Below the pieces are notes generated by a model. That model was not told the DNA's origin and did no database searches. It saw only the letters and a program-made list of their open reading frames with translations. From Candidatus Levyibacteriota bacterium (GTDB taxonomy: Bacteria; Patescibacteriota; Microgenomatia; Levybacterales; UBA12049): a stretch of DNA of 64,000 nucleotides. The DNA is taken from NCBI GenBank assembly GCA_043807135.1, contig JAZDGF010000001.1:68573-132572 (forward strand), given 5' to 3'. Made by a program: the position numbers and the translations under genes. Shown one piece after another: positions 1-9,690 of the stretch. How positions within the stretch are numbered: the stretch's first letter is position 1; every line of letters begins with the position of its first letter.

Positions 1-895
1 TTACAATCATTTCTGCAACAAGTTTTGTCCCTTTAGAATAGGCTTGATTAGGGTTTGAAGTCATACCCATTGGTCCATTCCAAACTATTGTTTCTCCTAA
101 AGAAATAATTTGTGCAAAATTTTCCGCACTTTTCTCGGTAATATCTTTTTTTTCTTCTGTTATGTCAGCAACCAGTAAAACCGGTTTTCTACCTATTACT
201 TTTTCGTGTTGCACTTTAAGAAGTACTTTATCTTGTTCTGCAATTTCTCCCCCAACTAAAATATAATCTGCAATTTTATGCATTTTTTCAACAACTGGAA
301 GTTTTGTTTCTATTTTTGCACCACCAATAATAACAACAAGTGGTCTTTTAGGATCCTCTAAAACCTTTGACAATATTTCAATTTCTCTTGCAAGTCTTAA
401 GCCGGCAAAAGAAGGCAAAAACTTAATAATTCCAGTAATAGAAGCATGATTTCTATGAGAAACTGCAAAGGCATCATTTACATAAACATTTGCTAGAAGG
501 GAAAGTTTTTTAGCAAATTCAGGCTCGTTTTTTTCCTCTTCTTCAAAAAAACGTAGATTTTCTAAAAGAGAAATTCTATCTCCTAACATCCAGCCGTTAA
601 ATTCTGAAAACTGTTTTTTTCTAAATTCAGAGTCTTTAATTTTAAGTTCTTTTTTAAACCATTCTGCAACAGGTTTTAAAGAAAAATTTTCTTCTTTTAA
701 AGAACTTGGTCTTCCTAAATGTCCTGCCAGAATTAAAGTTGCATCACTTTCTAATAAAAATTCTATTGTTGCAAGTGCCGCTTTTAGCCTTAAATCATCA
801 ATTATTTTTCCGTTTTCAACTGGAACATCAAGGTCTAATCTGAGAAACACCTTTTTATCCTTTATGTCATCTTTTTGAGGAGTTTTAATTTTCAT
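1..895 (-). CDS. pgk: phosphoglycerate kinase, partial; C-terminus lies beyond the window start
   Basis: Minus-strand translation starts at ATG 893-895 (MKIKTPQKDDIKDKKVFLRLDLDVPVENGKII...) and contains the PGK signature 'ETIVWNGPMG'. The frame stays open through position 1, so the apparent TAA at 1-3 is out of frame. Confidence 0.85.
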   Translation of the reverse strand, partial: MKIKTPQKDDIKDKKVFLRLDLDVPVENGKIIDDLRLKAALATIEFLLESDATLILAGHLGRPSSLKEENFSLKPVAEWFKKELKIKDSEFRKKQFSEFNGWMLGDRISLLENLRFFEEEEKNEPEFAKKLSLLANVYVNDAFAVSHRNHASITGIIKFLPSFAGLRLAREIEILSKVLEDPKRPLVVIIGGAKIETKLPVVEKMHKIADYILVGGEIAEQDKVLLKVQHEKVIGRKPVLLVADITEEKKDITEKSAENFAQIISLGETIVWNGPMGMTSNPNQAYSKGTKLVAEMIV

Positions 896-926
896 TTTCT
901 TAGTATACCACTAGTTTCATTTCTTT

Positions 927-1943
927 CTAATCCGTGAATTCCTGACAAAACATTTTACCATAAATGCCACCGTCCACAACTCCTACTCCTAGTTTGCCAA
1001 ATTCCGAAGAAAGGATATTTTCTCTGTGTCCTGGACTTTTCATTAACCCGTCCATAGCAATATCTGTGTTCGGCGCCAGGGCTAAATTTTCACCCGCATA
1101 AGTATAGAAAATATCTGCATGGCTCATGCGATCAAACGGTGAGATACCATCCGGAGTATAATGCGAAAAATATCCTCTTGTAAACATATCTGAACAATGC
1201 TTTCTTCCAACTTCTGTTAACTGTTCATTTGTATCAAGAGTGTTTAAATTATATTTTTCTCTTTGCTTATTTACTAAAATATGCATTTTTTCCTCTGCTT
1301 CTTTATCAAGAGAATAATCTTTTAGTTTAAAATTTAAATTAACAACTTCATTACCTGTTGGTTCAATTGTTAAAAAAGCCAAGCTTTCATTAATTGCTCC
1401 TTTAAAAACATTGTTTATATCTTTTGCAATACCACTAGTTGCAACAACTAGTTTATTTCCTATCTGAGAAGTAGATACTGACTTTTTTAAAACAACTGAG
1501 AAAGGTAAAGTAATTATTAAAATGAGTATAAAAGAAATAATTAAAAAACCTGAGAAAACAGATGGAATAATTCCTAAAAATAAATTTGCTTTTTTAAAAA
1601 AACTACTATTCAAGTCAATTTGCTTAGATAATTCTTTAATAATTATTTTTTTAAGAACGAGGCTTGCAAAAATTTCAACAATAAACCCTGCCATAAAAAA
1701 CCCTATGGCATTTGCAAATCCCTGAGGCATTGTAAAAACTAAAACAAGAAGCCCTCCAAAATAATTATAAAAGGAAATGCTTGCTGCAAAAGCCAAAATA
1801 AAACTTGCCAAATCAGATACCGCTTCTAAAAAACCCACTGCATAACCTTCAATAATATAAAAAAGGATTACAATAATTATTAAAAAATCAACCCAGTTAA
1901 GTCCAATATCTTTGATAAAAGAAAGGGGGGAGAAAATATCCAT
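927..1943 (-). CDS. CvpA-family membrane protein fused to a C-terminal CAP/SCP (PR-1-like) domain
   Basis: N-terminal ~160 aa form multi-TM helices typical of colicin V production protein CvpA (MDIF..LNWVDFLIIIVILFYIIEGY). C-terminal segment (HCSDMFTRGYFSHYTPDGISPFDRM..GHRENIL..FGKLGVGVV) matches CAP/SCP-like motifs. Confidence 0.65.
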   Translation of the reverse strand: MDIFSPLSFIKDIGLNWVDFLIIIVILFYIIEGYAVGFLEAVSDLASFILAFAASISFYNYFGGLLVLVFTMPQGFANAIGFFMAGFIVEIFASLVLKKIIIKELSKQIDLNSSFFKKANLFLGIIPSVFSGFLIISFILILIITLPFSVVLKKSVSTSQIGNKLVVATSGIAKDINNVFKGAINESLAFLTIEPTGNEVVNLNFKLKDYSLDKEAEEKMHILVNKQREKYNLNTLDTNEQLTEVGRKHCSDMFTRGYFSHYTPDGISPFDRMSHADIFYTYAGENLALAPNTDIAMDGLMKSPGHRENILSSEFGKLGVGVVDGGIYGKMFCQEFTD

Positions 1944-2010
1944 TGTGAAATTAATTATACAGCAAGTAATTAGTGTTGTCAGGTTTAAAGACGAATGGTA
2001 TTATATTACA

Positions 2011-4194
2011 ATGAAACAAATTATAAAAAAGGGGTTAAAGAAAAAAATCTCATTCTTAAAATACTGGAAAATCCCATTCATTATCATTATCATTTTAGGA
2101 TTACTCTTCTATTTTATTTCAAAAGACCTTCCTTCCCCATCTAAATTAAGTAGCTCTCACACTCCACAGTCTACCCAGATTTTTGATAGAAATGGAAATC
2201 TGCTTTTTAGTATTTATCGAGAAAGAGATCAAATCAATGTTCCACTTTCAACTATTCCAAAGCAAATGCAACAAGCAACTATCGCAATTGAAGACCGCAA
2301 TTTTTATAACCATGGGGCAATTGATTTAAGGGGAATTGCCAGAGCTTTTGTATTCACTGTTTTTCGTAAACAAATTCAAGGAGGATCTACTCTTACTCAA
2401 CAGCTTGTAAAAAATAGTCTTTTAACGCCTGAAAGGACAATTATCAGAAAAGTTAAAGAAATTATACTCGCCTATGCAACCGAGCTCCTATATTCCAAAG
2501 ATAAAATTTTAGAAATGTACTTAAATCAAACTCCATACGGAGGAACTGCTTGGGGTATTGAAGCAGCTTCTCAAACATATTTTGGAAAACATGCAAAAGA
2601 TCTGACTCTTTCGGAAAGTGCACTTCTCTCAGGTCTTCCTGAAGCACCAACTACGTTTTCTCCTTTTGGAGCCCATCCTGAACTTGCCAAGAAAAGACAA
2701 AAACAAGTCTTAGAAGCAATGACTGAAGAAGGATATATCACCAAAGAACAAGCCTCAAAAGCTTATGACGAACCTTTGAATTACAAAAGATTTGCAAGCG
2801 AAATTAAAGCTCCCCATTTTGTCTTATATGTTAAAGATCTTCTTATAAAAAAATACGGTGAAAAAACAATTGAAGAAGGAGGATTAAGAGTTATTACCAG
2901 TTTGGATTTAGATATTCAAAACTATACTCAAGACACAGTTGCATCTGAAGTTGCAAAACTCAAGAGATATAATGCTAGTAATGGATCTGCTATGGTAGCT
3001 GATCCCGCAACAGGAGAAATTTTAGCCATGGCAGGAAGTAGAGATTATTTTGATAAAAATATTGATGGAAACGTTAATGTAACAATTGCTCACAGGCAAC
3101 CAGGATCATCAATAAAGCCAATTAATTATGCAACAGGACTTATTCAGGGATACACTGCAGCAACTCCTTTTATAGATGAAAAAACCTGTTTTCCAAACCA
3201 AGGAGGAAAACTATATTGCCCTGTAAATTATGATGGGAAATTTCATGGAGTTGTGCAAATGCGTTACGCTTTAGGCAACTCTTTTAATATTCCTGCTGTA
3301 AAAATGCTTAAGGCAAATACGATTCCTTCAATGATTGCTACTGCGTCTGCTATGGGAATTACTACTTTTACTAATTCTGAGAATTACGGACTTTCCTTAA
3401 CTTTAGGAGGAGGAGAGGTTACCATGCTTGATATGGTTCAATCCTTTGGGGTGTTTGCAAACGGAGGATATAGAATTGATCTTCACCCTATTTTAAAAAT
3501 TACTAACAGAAATGGTAAAATTCTTGAAGAATATAAGCCTCCCAAAAGCCCAATTTTTGGTAAAAAAATTCTTCCCCCTGGAGTTTCTTTTATCATCTCT
3601 GATATTTTGGCTGATAACAATGCCAGACTTACCGAGTTTGGATCAAACTCTGCATTAAGAATTCCCAAAAAAACTGTTTCTGTAAAAACCGGAACCACTA
3701 ATGATTTCAGAGACAATTGGACTATTGGCTATACTCCTTCTTTTGTAGTTGCCTCTTGGGTTGGTAATAATAATAATGATCCAATGAATGGGCTTGCATC
3801 AGGCGTTACCGGAGCTGCTCCAATTTGGAATCAAATAATGTCTCATTTATTAGAAGATAGGCCTGATGAGCCAATGCAAAAACCGCCTGATGTTATTCAA
3901 AAATCTATTTGTGCTCTTACCGGTTCTCTTCCTTCCAAGAATAACGAATCTCAAGAGGAAAATCAGCAAGTATGCCAAACAAGATTTGAATATTTTATTA
4001 AAGGAACTGAAAAAAATCAATCCGGTATAAAAAACGAACAAGTATGGGTAGATAAGGATACTCAAGCAATTCCCCCAAAAGGACAAACTGATAACCTTGA
4101 GTTAAAAGATGCACAAATTATTATTGATGTAACAGGAGATCGTTATTGTTTAAATTGTGCTCATCCCGAGTCTTCTCCTACTCCAATTCTTTAA
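2011..4194 (+). CDS. class A penicillin-binding protein (PBP1A-type transglycosylase/transpeptidase), copy 1
   Basis: GT51 motifs (EDRNFYNHGAIDLRGI, GGSTLTQQLVKN) followed by transpeptidase motifs (SSIKP = SxxK; KTGT). The ORF is open from 1912, but the start is probably ATG 2011 (MKQIIKKG, TM helix follows). Confidence 0.9.
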   Translation: MKQIIKKGLKKKISFLKYWKIPFIIIIILGLLFYFISKDLPSPSKLSSSHTPQSTQIFDRNGNLLFSIYRERDQINVPLSTIPKQMQQATIAIEDRNFYNHGAIDLRGIARAFVFTVFRKQIQGGSTLTQQLVKNSLLTPERTIIRKVKEIILAYATELLYSKDKILEMYLNQTPYGGTAWGIEAASQTYFGKHAKDLTLSESALLSGLPEAPTTFSPFGAHPELAKKRQKQVLEAMTEEGYITKEQASKAYDEPLNYKRFASEIKAPHFVLYVKDLLIKKYGEKTIEEGGLRVITSLDLDIQNYTQDTVASEVAKLKRYNASNGSAMVADPATGEILAMAGSRDYFDKNIDGNVNVTIAHRQPGSSIKPINYATGLIQGYTAATPFIDEKTCFPNQGGKLYCPVNYDGKFHGVVQMRYALGNSFNIPAVKMLKANTIPSMIATASAMGITTFTNSENYGLSLTLGGGEVTMLDMVQSFGVFANGGYRIDLHPILKITNRNGKILEEYKPPKSPIFGKKILPPGVSFIISDILADNNARLTEFGSNSALRIPKKTVSVKTGTTNDFRDNWTIGYTPSFVVASWVGNNNNDPMNGLASGVTGAAPIWNQIMSHLLEDRPDEPMQKPPDVIQKSICALTGSLPSKNNESQEENQQVCQTRFEYFIKGTEKNQSGIKNEQVWVDKDTQAIPPKGQTDNLELKDAQIIIDVTGDRYCLNCAHPESSPTPIL

Positions 4195-4694
4195 TTTTAA
4201 TTTGCCTCTTTAAAAAAAGAGCTTTTAATAGTATAATTTGACCATTATCCTTATCCCATAGAACTTATCTTCTGTCCTAATTATTTATGGAACTTGTTTT
4301 AGATATTATTGTTTTCATTATAAAAACTCTAATTAAAATTGGAGATTTTATTATTCACGCTCTTTTTATTGTTAAAGAATTTATTAAGAGAATGTTTTTT
4401 TATTTTAAGAAAATGTTTTCCGTTACCGAAAATACGGAAAAAAGGATTATTATAGATAACAAAACCAGACTTACAAGAAGAAGGGTTAAGTTTCGTTTTT
4501 TTTATAAACAGAGATTATTTAAAACAGAACTATTTTTTTATAAATTACAAAAGGAGTTAAAAAAACTTCCCAGATTAATTTTTCGTAAAATTACCTCCGT
4601 TAAAAAATCAATTTTTATCTTCTTTTCTCAAGTTAAATTTATCCTAACGGAAAACACCTATAGTCTTGCAAGATCAAGTCTTAAAAGGAGGAAA

Positions 4695-6695
4695 ATGAAA
4701 AAATATAAAAAAATGGTTTCTTTCCCAACTCCTTTTACTGTTAAATTTAAATATTTCTTTATTGGAACAATTTTTTCTTTAATCTTCATTTTTGTTCCAG
4801 TTCTTCTTATTGTTTTTCTAACAAGCATTCCAAGCCCTAATGAACTAACTTCTCGAGAAATTGCACAAACAACTAAAATTTACGATCGAAATGGTATTCT
4901 TTTGTACCAAATTTATGCAAATCAAAATCGCACGTTAGTTCCTCTTTCTTCTATTCCTAGATATCTAAAAGAAGCATCTATTGCAATTGAAGATAAAGAT
5001 TTTTATAATAATCCCGGTTTTGATATTATGGCAATAACAAGAGCTGCTATTGCAGACCTTTCTGGAGAGCCTTTACAAGGAGGGTCAACTATCACCCAGC
5101 AGCTTATTAAATCAACGCTTTTAACTCCGGAGAAAAGTATCAGCAGAAAAGTAAAAGAGGTTATTTTAGCTTTTTGGTCTGAAAGAATTTATAGTAAGGA
5201 TCAAATTCTAGAAATGTATTTAAATCAAGTGCCTTACGGAGGGACTGCATGGGGAGTAGGAGCTGCATCAGAGGTTTATTTTGGAAAACATGTTAAAGAT
5301 ATTTCTTTGGCAGAATCTGCCTTTTTAGCAGGCTTGCCCCGTGCTCCGAGTATTTATACTCCTTACGGTGGCCACCCAGATCTTTGGAAGAAAAGACAGA
5401 AGGAAGTTTTAGCTCGGATGAAAGAACTTGGCTATGTTACAGAGGAGCAAAGAAAGCAAGCAGAAGAAGAGCAACTTGTTTTTCTTACTCCACAAACCCC
5501 AATCTATGCACCTCATTTTGTTATGCACGTCAAGGATTTTTTAATTAAAAAGTATGGACTTCCTATGGTTGAAAAAGGTGGTTTAGCAGTAACAACTAGC
5601 CTTGATTTAAAACTTCAGGATCAAGCTCAAAAAATTGTAACTGATGAAGTAATAAAAGAAGGAGAAATGTTTAATTTCAGTAATGCCGCAGCTTTAATAA
5701 CAAATCCTAAAAACGGCGATATCTTAGCTATGGTAGGAAGTGAAAACTATGATAACCCAAACGGTGGAAACGTTAATTTAACAACTTCTCTTCGCCAGCC
5801 TGGATCAAGTATAAAAATAGTTACTTATAGTGCTGCTCTTTCAAATGGTTTTACTTCGGCAACTATCTTAGATGACTCACCCATTACTTATACAAACCCA
5901 TGGGGATCATATTCTCCTGTAAATTATGATGGAAGATTTCATGGAAGAGTTCCTTTAAGAATTGCTTTTGCAAATTCTTTTAATATTCCTGCAGTTAAAA
6001 CTTTAAATAAAATTAGCATTCCAATAATGATTGAGACAGCGAGTAAAATGGGAATAACTACCTGGAATGATCCTGGTAAATACGGGTTATCTCTAACACT
6101 TGGTGCTGCTGAAACAAAAATGACTGATATGGCAACTGTTTACGGAACTGTTGCAAACAGTGGAAGACGAGTTGATCTTAATCCAATAATTAAGATTACG
6201 GATTATAGAGGAAATATTATCGAGGAAAAAAAGGAAGTAGTTGGCAAACAAGTCTTAGATGAAGGAATTGCTTTTATTATTTCAAATATTCTTTCTGATA
6301 ACAAAGCAAGATCTATTGAATTTGGGATAAATTCTGCATTAAACATTCCAAACCATACTGTTTCTGTAAAAACTGGAACCTCGGATAATAAAAGAGATAA
6401 CTGGACATTTGGCTTTACTCCTTCTTTTGTGGTAGGTGTTTGGGTCGGAAACAACAATAATCAACCTATGAATCAAACACTTGCTTCAGGAATTACCGGA
6501 GCTGCTCCAATCTGGAATCAAATAACAACTGCTCTTCTCTCTAATTCCCTTTCTGAAAAAATAGAAATTCCTGAAAATATTGTTACAAAACCTTGCAATG
6601 GTTATTTGGAGTATTTTGTTGCAGGAACTGAAAATTCTGCTTCTTGCAACTTTCGCTTTGCAAGTCCAAGTGCAAGACTAGTTCCTTCTTATTAA
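4695..6695 (+). CDS. class A penicillin-binding protein (PBP1A-type), copy 2 (tandem paralog)
   Basis: Same GT51 (EDKDFYNNPGFDIMAI, GGSTITQQLIKS) and transpeptidase (SSIKI, KTGTS) motifs. Likely start ATG 4695 (MKKYKKMVSF), preceded by RBS-like aaaggagg. The ORF track extends to 4287, but that N-terminal 136 aa reads like translated AT-rich spacer. Confidence 0.85.
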   Translation: MKKYKKMVSFPTPFTVKFKYFFIGTIFSLIFIFVPVLLIVFLTSIPSPNELTSREIAQTTKIYDRNGILLYQIYANQNRTLVPLSSIPRYLKEASIAIEDKDFYNNPGFDIMAITRAAIADLSGEPLQGGSTITQQLIKSTLLTPEKSISRKVKEVILAFWSERIYSKDQILEMYLNQVPYGGTAWGVGAASEVYFGKHVKDISLAESAFLAGLPRAPSIYTPYGGHPDLWKKRQKEVLARMKELGYVTEEQRKQAEEEQLVFLTPQTPIYAPHFVMHVKDFLIKKYGLPMVEKGGLAVTTSLDLKLQDQAQKIVTDEVIKEGEMFNFSNAAALITNPKNGDILAMVGSENYDNPNGGNVNLTTSLRQPGSSIKIVTYSAALSNGFTSATILDDSPITYTNPWGSYSPVNYDGRFHGRVPLRIAFANSFNIPAVKTLNKISIPIMIETASKMGITTWNDPGKYGLSLTLGAAETKMTDMATVYGTVANSGRRVDLNPIIKITDYRGNIIEEKKEVVGKQVLDEGIAFIISNILSDNKARSIEFGINSALNIPNHTVSVKTGTSDNKRDNWTFGFTPSFVVGVWVGNNNNQPMNQTLASGITGAAPIWNQITTALLSNSLSEKIEIPENIVTKPCNGYLEYFVAGTENSASCNFRFASPSARLVPSY

Positions 6696-7331
6696 ATCTT
6701 TAAGTTCTTGGTACTGATTAATTGGGTTTTCTCTAAAAATGAAACTGGTCGCGACAAATCTTTCCACGCCTATATTTTTTGAGAGGACAATTGTTTTATC
6801 ATTAATTCCCCCATCCACTTCTATAACCGGTTTTTTAAGTATTTTTTCTTCTTCAAATCTTTTTTTTAGTGCTTTTATTTTTTCAAGGTTAACAGGCATA
6901 AATTCCTGATCTGAAAAACCTGCTTTTATTGTCATAATTAAAATTGCGTCTAGATCCTCCAAGTTAACTTTCAGAGAATCTATTGAAGTAGGATTATCAA
7001 TTGCAAGACCTACTTCTCCGAGTAATTGTCCCTGAGCAACAAATTCCTCCTGACTTGACATTTTTTCAACATGCCCTAAAAAACGCTTAAACCCAGCTTT
7101 CGCAAATGGTTTTAGAAAATCTAGGGGTTCTTCAACCATCATATGAAGTTCTAAAAATAGACTATCAGAATATTTTAAAAAGGGATTAGGATCTAAAAAA
7201 GTTTTATTTGGTGCAAATTTTCCGTCAATAATATCAATATGTATTTTATTGGTAAAAGTTTTAACTGTTTCAATTTTCTTTTGAATACTCTCCCAATCTT
7301 TCTCTAAAATTCCAGGGATAATGTTACACAT
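6678..7331 (-). CDS. rpe: ribulose-phosphate 3-epimerase
   Basis: HIDIIDGKFAPN, LELHMMVEEP, DAILIMT..AGFSDQEF and VDGGIN motifs of the Rpe TIM barrel. Confidence 0.88.
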   Translation of the reverse strand: MCNIIPGILEKDWESIQKKIETVKTFTNKIHIDIIDGKFAPNKTFLDPNPFLKYSDSLFLELHMMVEEPLDFLKPFAKAGFKRFLGHVEKMSSQEEFVAQGQLLGEVGLAIDNPTSIDSLKVNLEDLDAILIMTIKAGFSDQEFMPVNLEKIKALKKRFEEEKILKKPVIEVDGGINDKTIVLSKNIGVERFVATSFIFRENPINQYQELKDLIRRN

Positions 7332-7336
7332 AATTG

Positions 7337-7783
7337 TTATGAATTTTCTATTTCACTAATCTTATTTATTCTTCTAATATGTCTTTCTTCATTTGTAAAA
7401 GGAGTGTTTACAAAAAGTTTTATTAGCTCTTTTGCATCCTCTAAGGAAACAAAATCTGAACCAAGAGAGAGAACATTGGCGTTATTATGTTCCCTTGCTA
7501 ATCTAATATTATCTCTATTAAAACCAAGGGCAGCTCTTACACCTTTTATCTTATTTGCAGCAATTTGCTCTCCTTGTCCGGATTTTCCTAAAACTACCGC
7601 AAAGCTCCCTGGATTTTGAACTACTTTTTCTGCTGCAATTTTTATAAAATCAGGGTAATCATCGTTTTTATCAAATGTAAAAGCACCACAGTCTTCAATC
7701 TCAAATCCTTCATCTTTAAGATATTCTTTAAGCTTTTCTTTTAAATCAAAAGCGCCATGATCAGTTGCTAGATAAATTTTCAT
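7337..7783 (-). CDS. rpiB: ribose-5-phosphate isomerase B (RpiB/LacAB family)
   Basis: MKIYLATDHGAF..., GSGQGEQIAANKIKGVRAAL, HNNANVLSLGSDFVS: RpiB family signature. Confidence 0.88.
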   Translation of the reverse strand: MKIYLATDHGAFDLKEKLKEYLKDEGFEIEDCGAFTFDKNDDYPDFIKIAAEKVVQNPGSFAVVLGKSGQGEQIAANKIKGVRAALGFNRDNIRLAREHNNANVLSLGSDFVSLEDAKELIKLFVNTPFTNEERHIRRINKISEIENS

Positions 7784-8685
7784 TTCTCTTTTCCTCTAAA
7801 AATATTAGTAAAATAAGTAAAGTTTTCACTTATTTTATGAATTGTTTCTTCTTTTGTAATTTTTCCCGATTTCAAATCTAAAAGTGGTTGCCAAAAAATA
7901 GTTCTCCCCACTGCAAAACCGATTATTCCTTTTACCTCTCTTGCAATTTTTATCCACCTTTCAACTTCTTCCCGCTCTTGCCCTCCTCCTAACACTATAA
8001 CTCCTACTTGATCTCTTTTCTCTCTTGTTGCAATTTTTACAATTTCTTCATAGCCCGTTCTGCTTTCTGTTCCTTCAAGCTTCCAAACATCCGGCTCAAT
8101 ACCTGAGTTTTGTAATTCTTCAATTGCTCTTGCTGCTAAAAATGGTCTTTGGGAGTTAATATATTCTTTTTTGCTTCCGTTTGCTTTTAATAATTGTTCT
8201 TTTGTAGCAATAACTAAAACTTCAAGTAAAAATTTATTGTTTTTACCCGCGCAATAGTCACTTAACTTTTTAAGCTTTTCTTGCTGTCTTTTTTTTGAAA
8301 GATTGTCATCATCTGGATTATAGCGGATCAAAACCTTTACAAAAGAAGGATTATACTTTTCAATGTGGTTTTCAAAATCATCATATTCAAAGGTGAATTC
8401 TTTTTGCCCACTTTTCTCAACTGTTAAAATAATGTTTATTCCATTTAAGCTTGCGTCTTTTAATATTTCATCTCCAAATTCTTCATCAATTAAGATTGCA
8501 GCATTTTCTTTAGGAACTTTTTCCTTAATTGCTTTTTTAAAAGCTTGATAAATAATCTTTTTTTGAGAAATGATATAATCCTTGTCTTCTGGAGTTAAAC
8601 TTCCTTCTTTGCCTAATAATTTTTTAACAAAAGATCCTCTATGATCAAAGGGGAGAATAAAAAGATTTTTTGTGTATCCTGGCAT
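7780..8685 (-). CDS. DUF2090-family protein (IolC C-terminal-like; putative class I aldolase)
   Basis: N-terminus MPGYTKNLFILPFDHRGSF resembles the DUF2090 domain that is fused to PfkB kinases (IolC) in other bacteria. Here it is a separate gene directly downstream of a PfkB kinase. Functional call is inference. Confidence 0.5.
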   Translation of the reverse strand: MPGYTKNLFILPFDHRGSFVKKLLGKEGSLTPEDKDYIISQKKIIYQAFKKAIKEKVPKENAAILIDEEFGDEILKDASLNGINIILTVEKSGQKEFTFEYDDFENHIEKYNPSFVKVLIRYNPDDDNLSKKRQQEKLKKLSDYCAGKNNKFLLEVLVIATKEQLLKANGSKKEYINSQRPFLAARAIEELQNSGIEPDVWKLEGTESRTGYEEIVKIATREKRDQVGVIVLGGGQEREEVERWIKIAREVKGIIGFAVGRTIFWQPLLDLKSGKITKEETIHKISENFTYFTNIFRGKEK

Positions 8686-8687
8686 AT

Positions 8688-9656
8688 TTAGACTTTTTCA
8701 ATTTCTTCTCTTGTTAATAAACCTACTTGTCCACCAGGCTGAAGAACTGTTGCACTTGCATTTAAAGTTCCCCAGCGCATTGCCCTTGGCAAACCAAGGT
8801 TAAGCATATATGCTGCTAGAAATCCGCTTGAATAAGCATCGCCCGCTCCGGTTCTTTCAACTGAATTATCTTCAACTTTTTTATCTTCAAAATAATTATT
8901 TGTTTCATCTAAGGAATATGATCCGTTTAATCCATTTGTTATAACAACTATTTCTGGACCTAATCTTTTTAGATCTGTTAAAAGCTCTTTAATATCTTTT
9001 CTCTCTTTATTTAATATTTTCTCTGCTTCCTCTTTATTTACAATTAAAACTTCTGTTTCTTCTAAGACATCTTTTACTTTTTCATACCCTGCATCAAGCT
9101 GTCTTGTACCGGGATTAAAAACAAGTTTTGCCTCAGAATCTTTAACAAGTTTAAGTGTGTCTTGATAAGCTTTTTCCCATTTTTTCCCAAGAGAGGTTAA
9201 GTATATCCATTTAGTTTTTAAGTTATTAAAATTAAAATTATGCTCTTTTTCAACATCTTCTGAAAAAATTGTTCTTTCTTTTCTATAGGTAAAAATGATT
9301 GAGATTGCCGAAGGAGTATTTTTTCTTTGGTTTATATGCGAGCAGTCTATGTTTTCTTTTTTTAAACCGTTTAGTATTTTTTCTCCAAATTCATCCTTAC
9401 CAATCTCTGAAAAAACTGCAATCTTAAAACCCAATTTACTAAGACCTACCCCCACGTTTGCCGCATTTCCACCTAAAGCAAATTTAACTCTGTCAACTAT
9501 TGTTTTGTCTCCCAAACGAATACAGAGTTCTTTTGTTTTTTCTTCCATTCGAAAGTGTTTGTTTGTGCTACTGATTGTAAAAAAGATATCGATTGTAGAA
9601 TTACCAATGGTTACTACATCAAAAGAGGGATTCATGAATTTATAATATACAAACAA
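8688..9656 (-). CDS. PfkB-family carbohydrate kinase (ribokinase-like)
   Basis: N-terminal GG motif region (ALGGNAANVGVGL) and C-terminal PfkB signature GAGDAYSSGFLAAYM. Confidence 0.85.
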   Translation of the reverse strand: MFVYYKFMNPSFDVVTIGNSTIDIFFTISSTNKHFRMEEKTKELCIRLGDKTIVDRVKFALGGNAANVGVGLSKLGFKIAVFSEIGKDEFGEKILNGLKKENIDCSHINQRKNTPSAISIIFTYRKERTIFSEDVEKEHNFNFNNLKTKWIYLTSLGKKWEKAYQDTLKLVKDSEAKLVFNPGTRQLDAGYEKVKDVLEETEVLIVNKEEAEKILNKERKDIKELLTDLKRLGPEIVVITNGLNGSYSLDETNNYFEDKKVEDNSVERTGAGDAYSSGFLAAYMLNLGLPRAMRWGTLNASATVLQPGGQVGLLTREEIEKV

Positions 9657-9690
9657 GGAGATTTAATCAATGGCTCTGATTCATCTAGGC

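Noticed and set aside
1-3. Apparent TAA stop (reverse complement TTA at 1-3) terminating pgk
   Set aside because: Frame analysis shows this TAA is out of frame with the PGK reading frame, which remains open through position 1; the gene is simply truncated by the window edge.
1522-1725. 67-aa plus-strand ORF inside the CvpA-CAP gene
   Set aside because: Antisense to a well-supported gene; low-complexity K/I-rich product.
4287-4694. N-terminal 136-aa extension of the second PBP1A ORF
   Set aside because: K/R/F/I-rich translation of AT-rich DNA with no TM or signal logic; a strong RBS plus ATG at 4695 followed by a TM helix gives a canonical PBP start.
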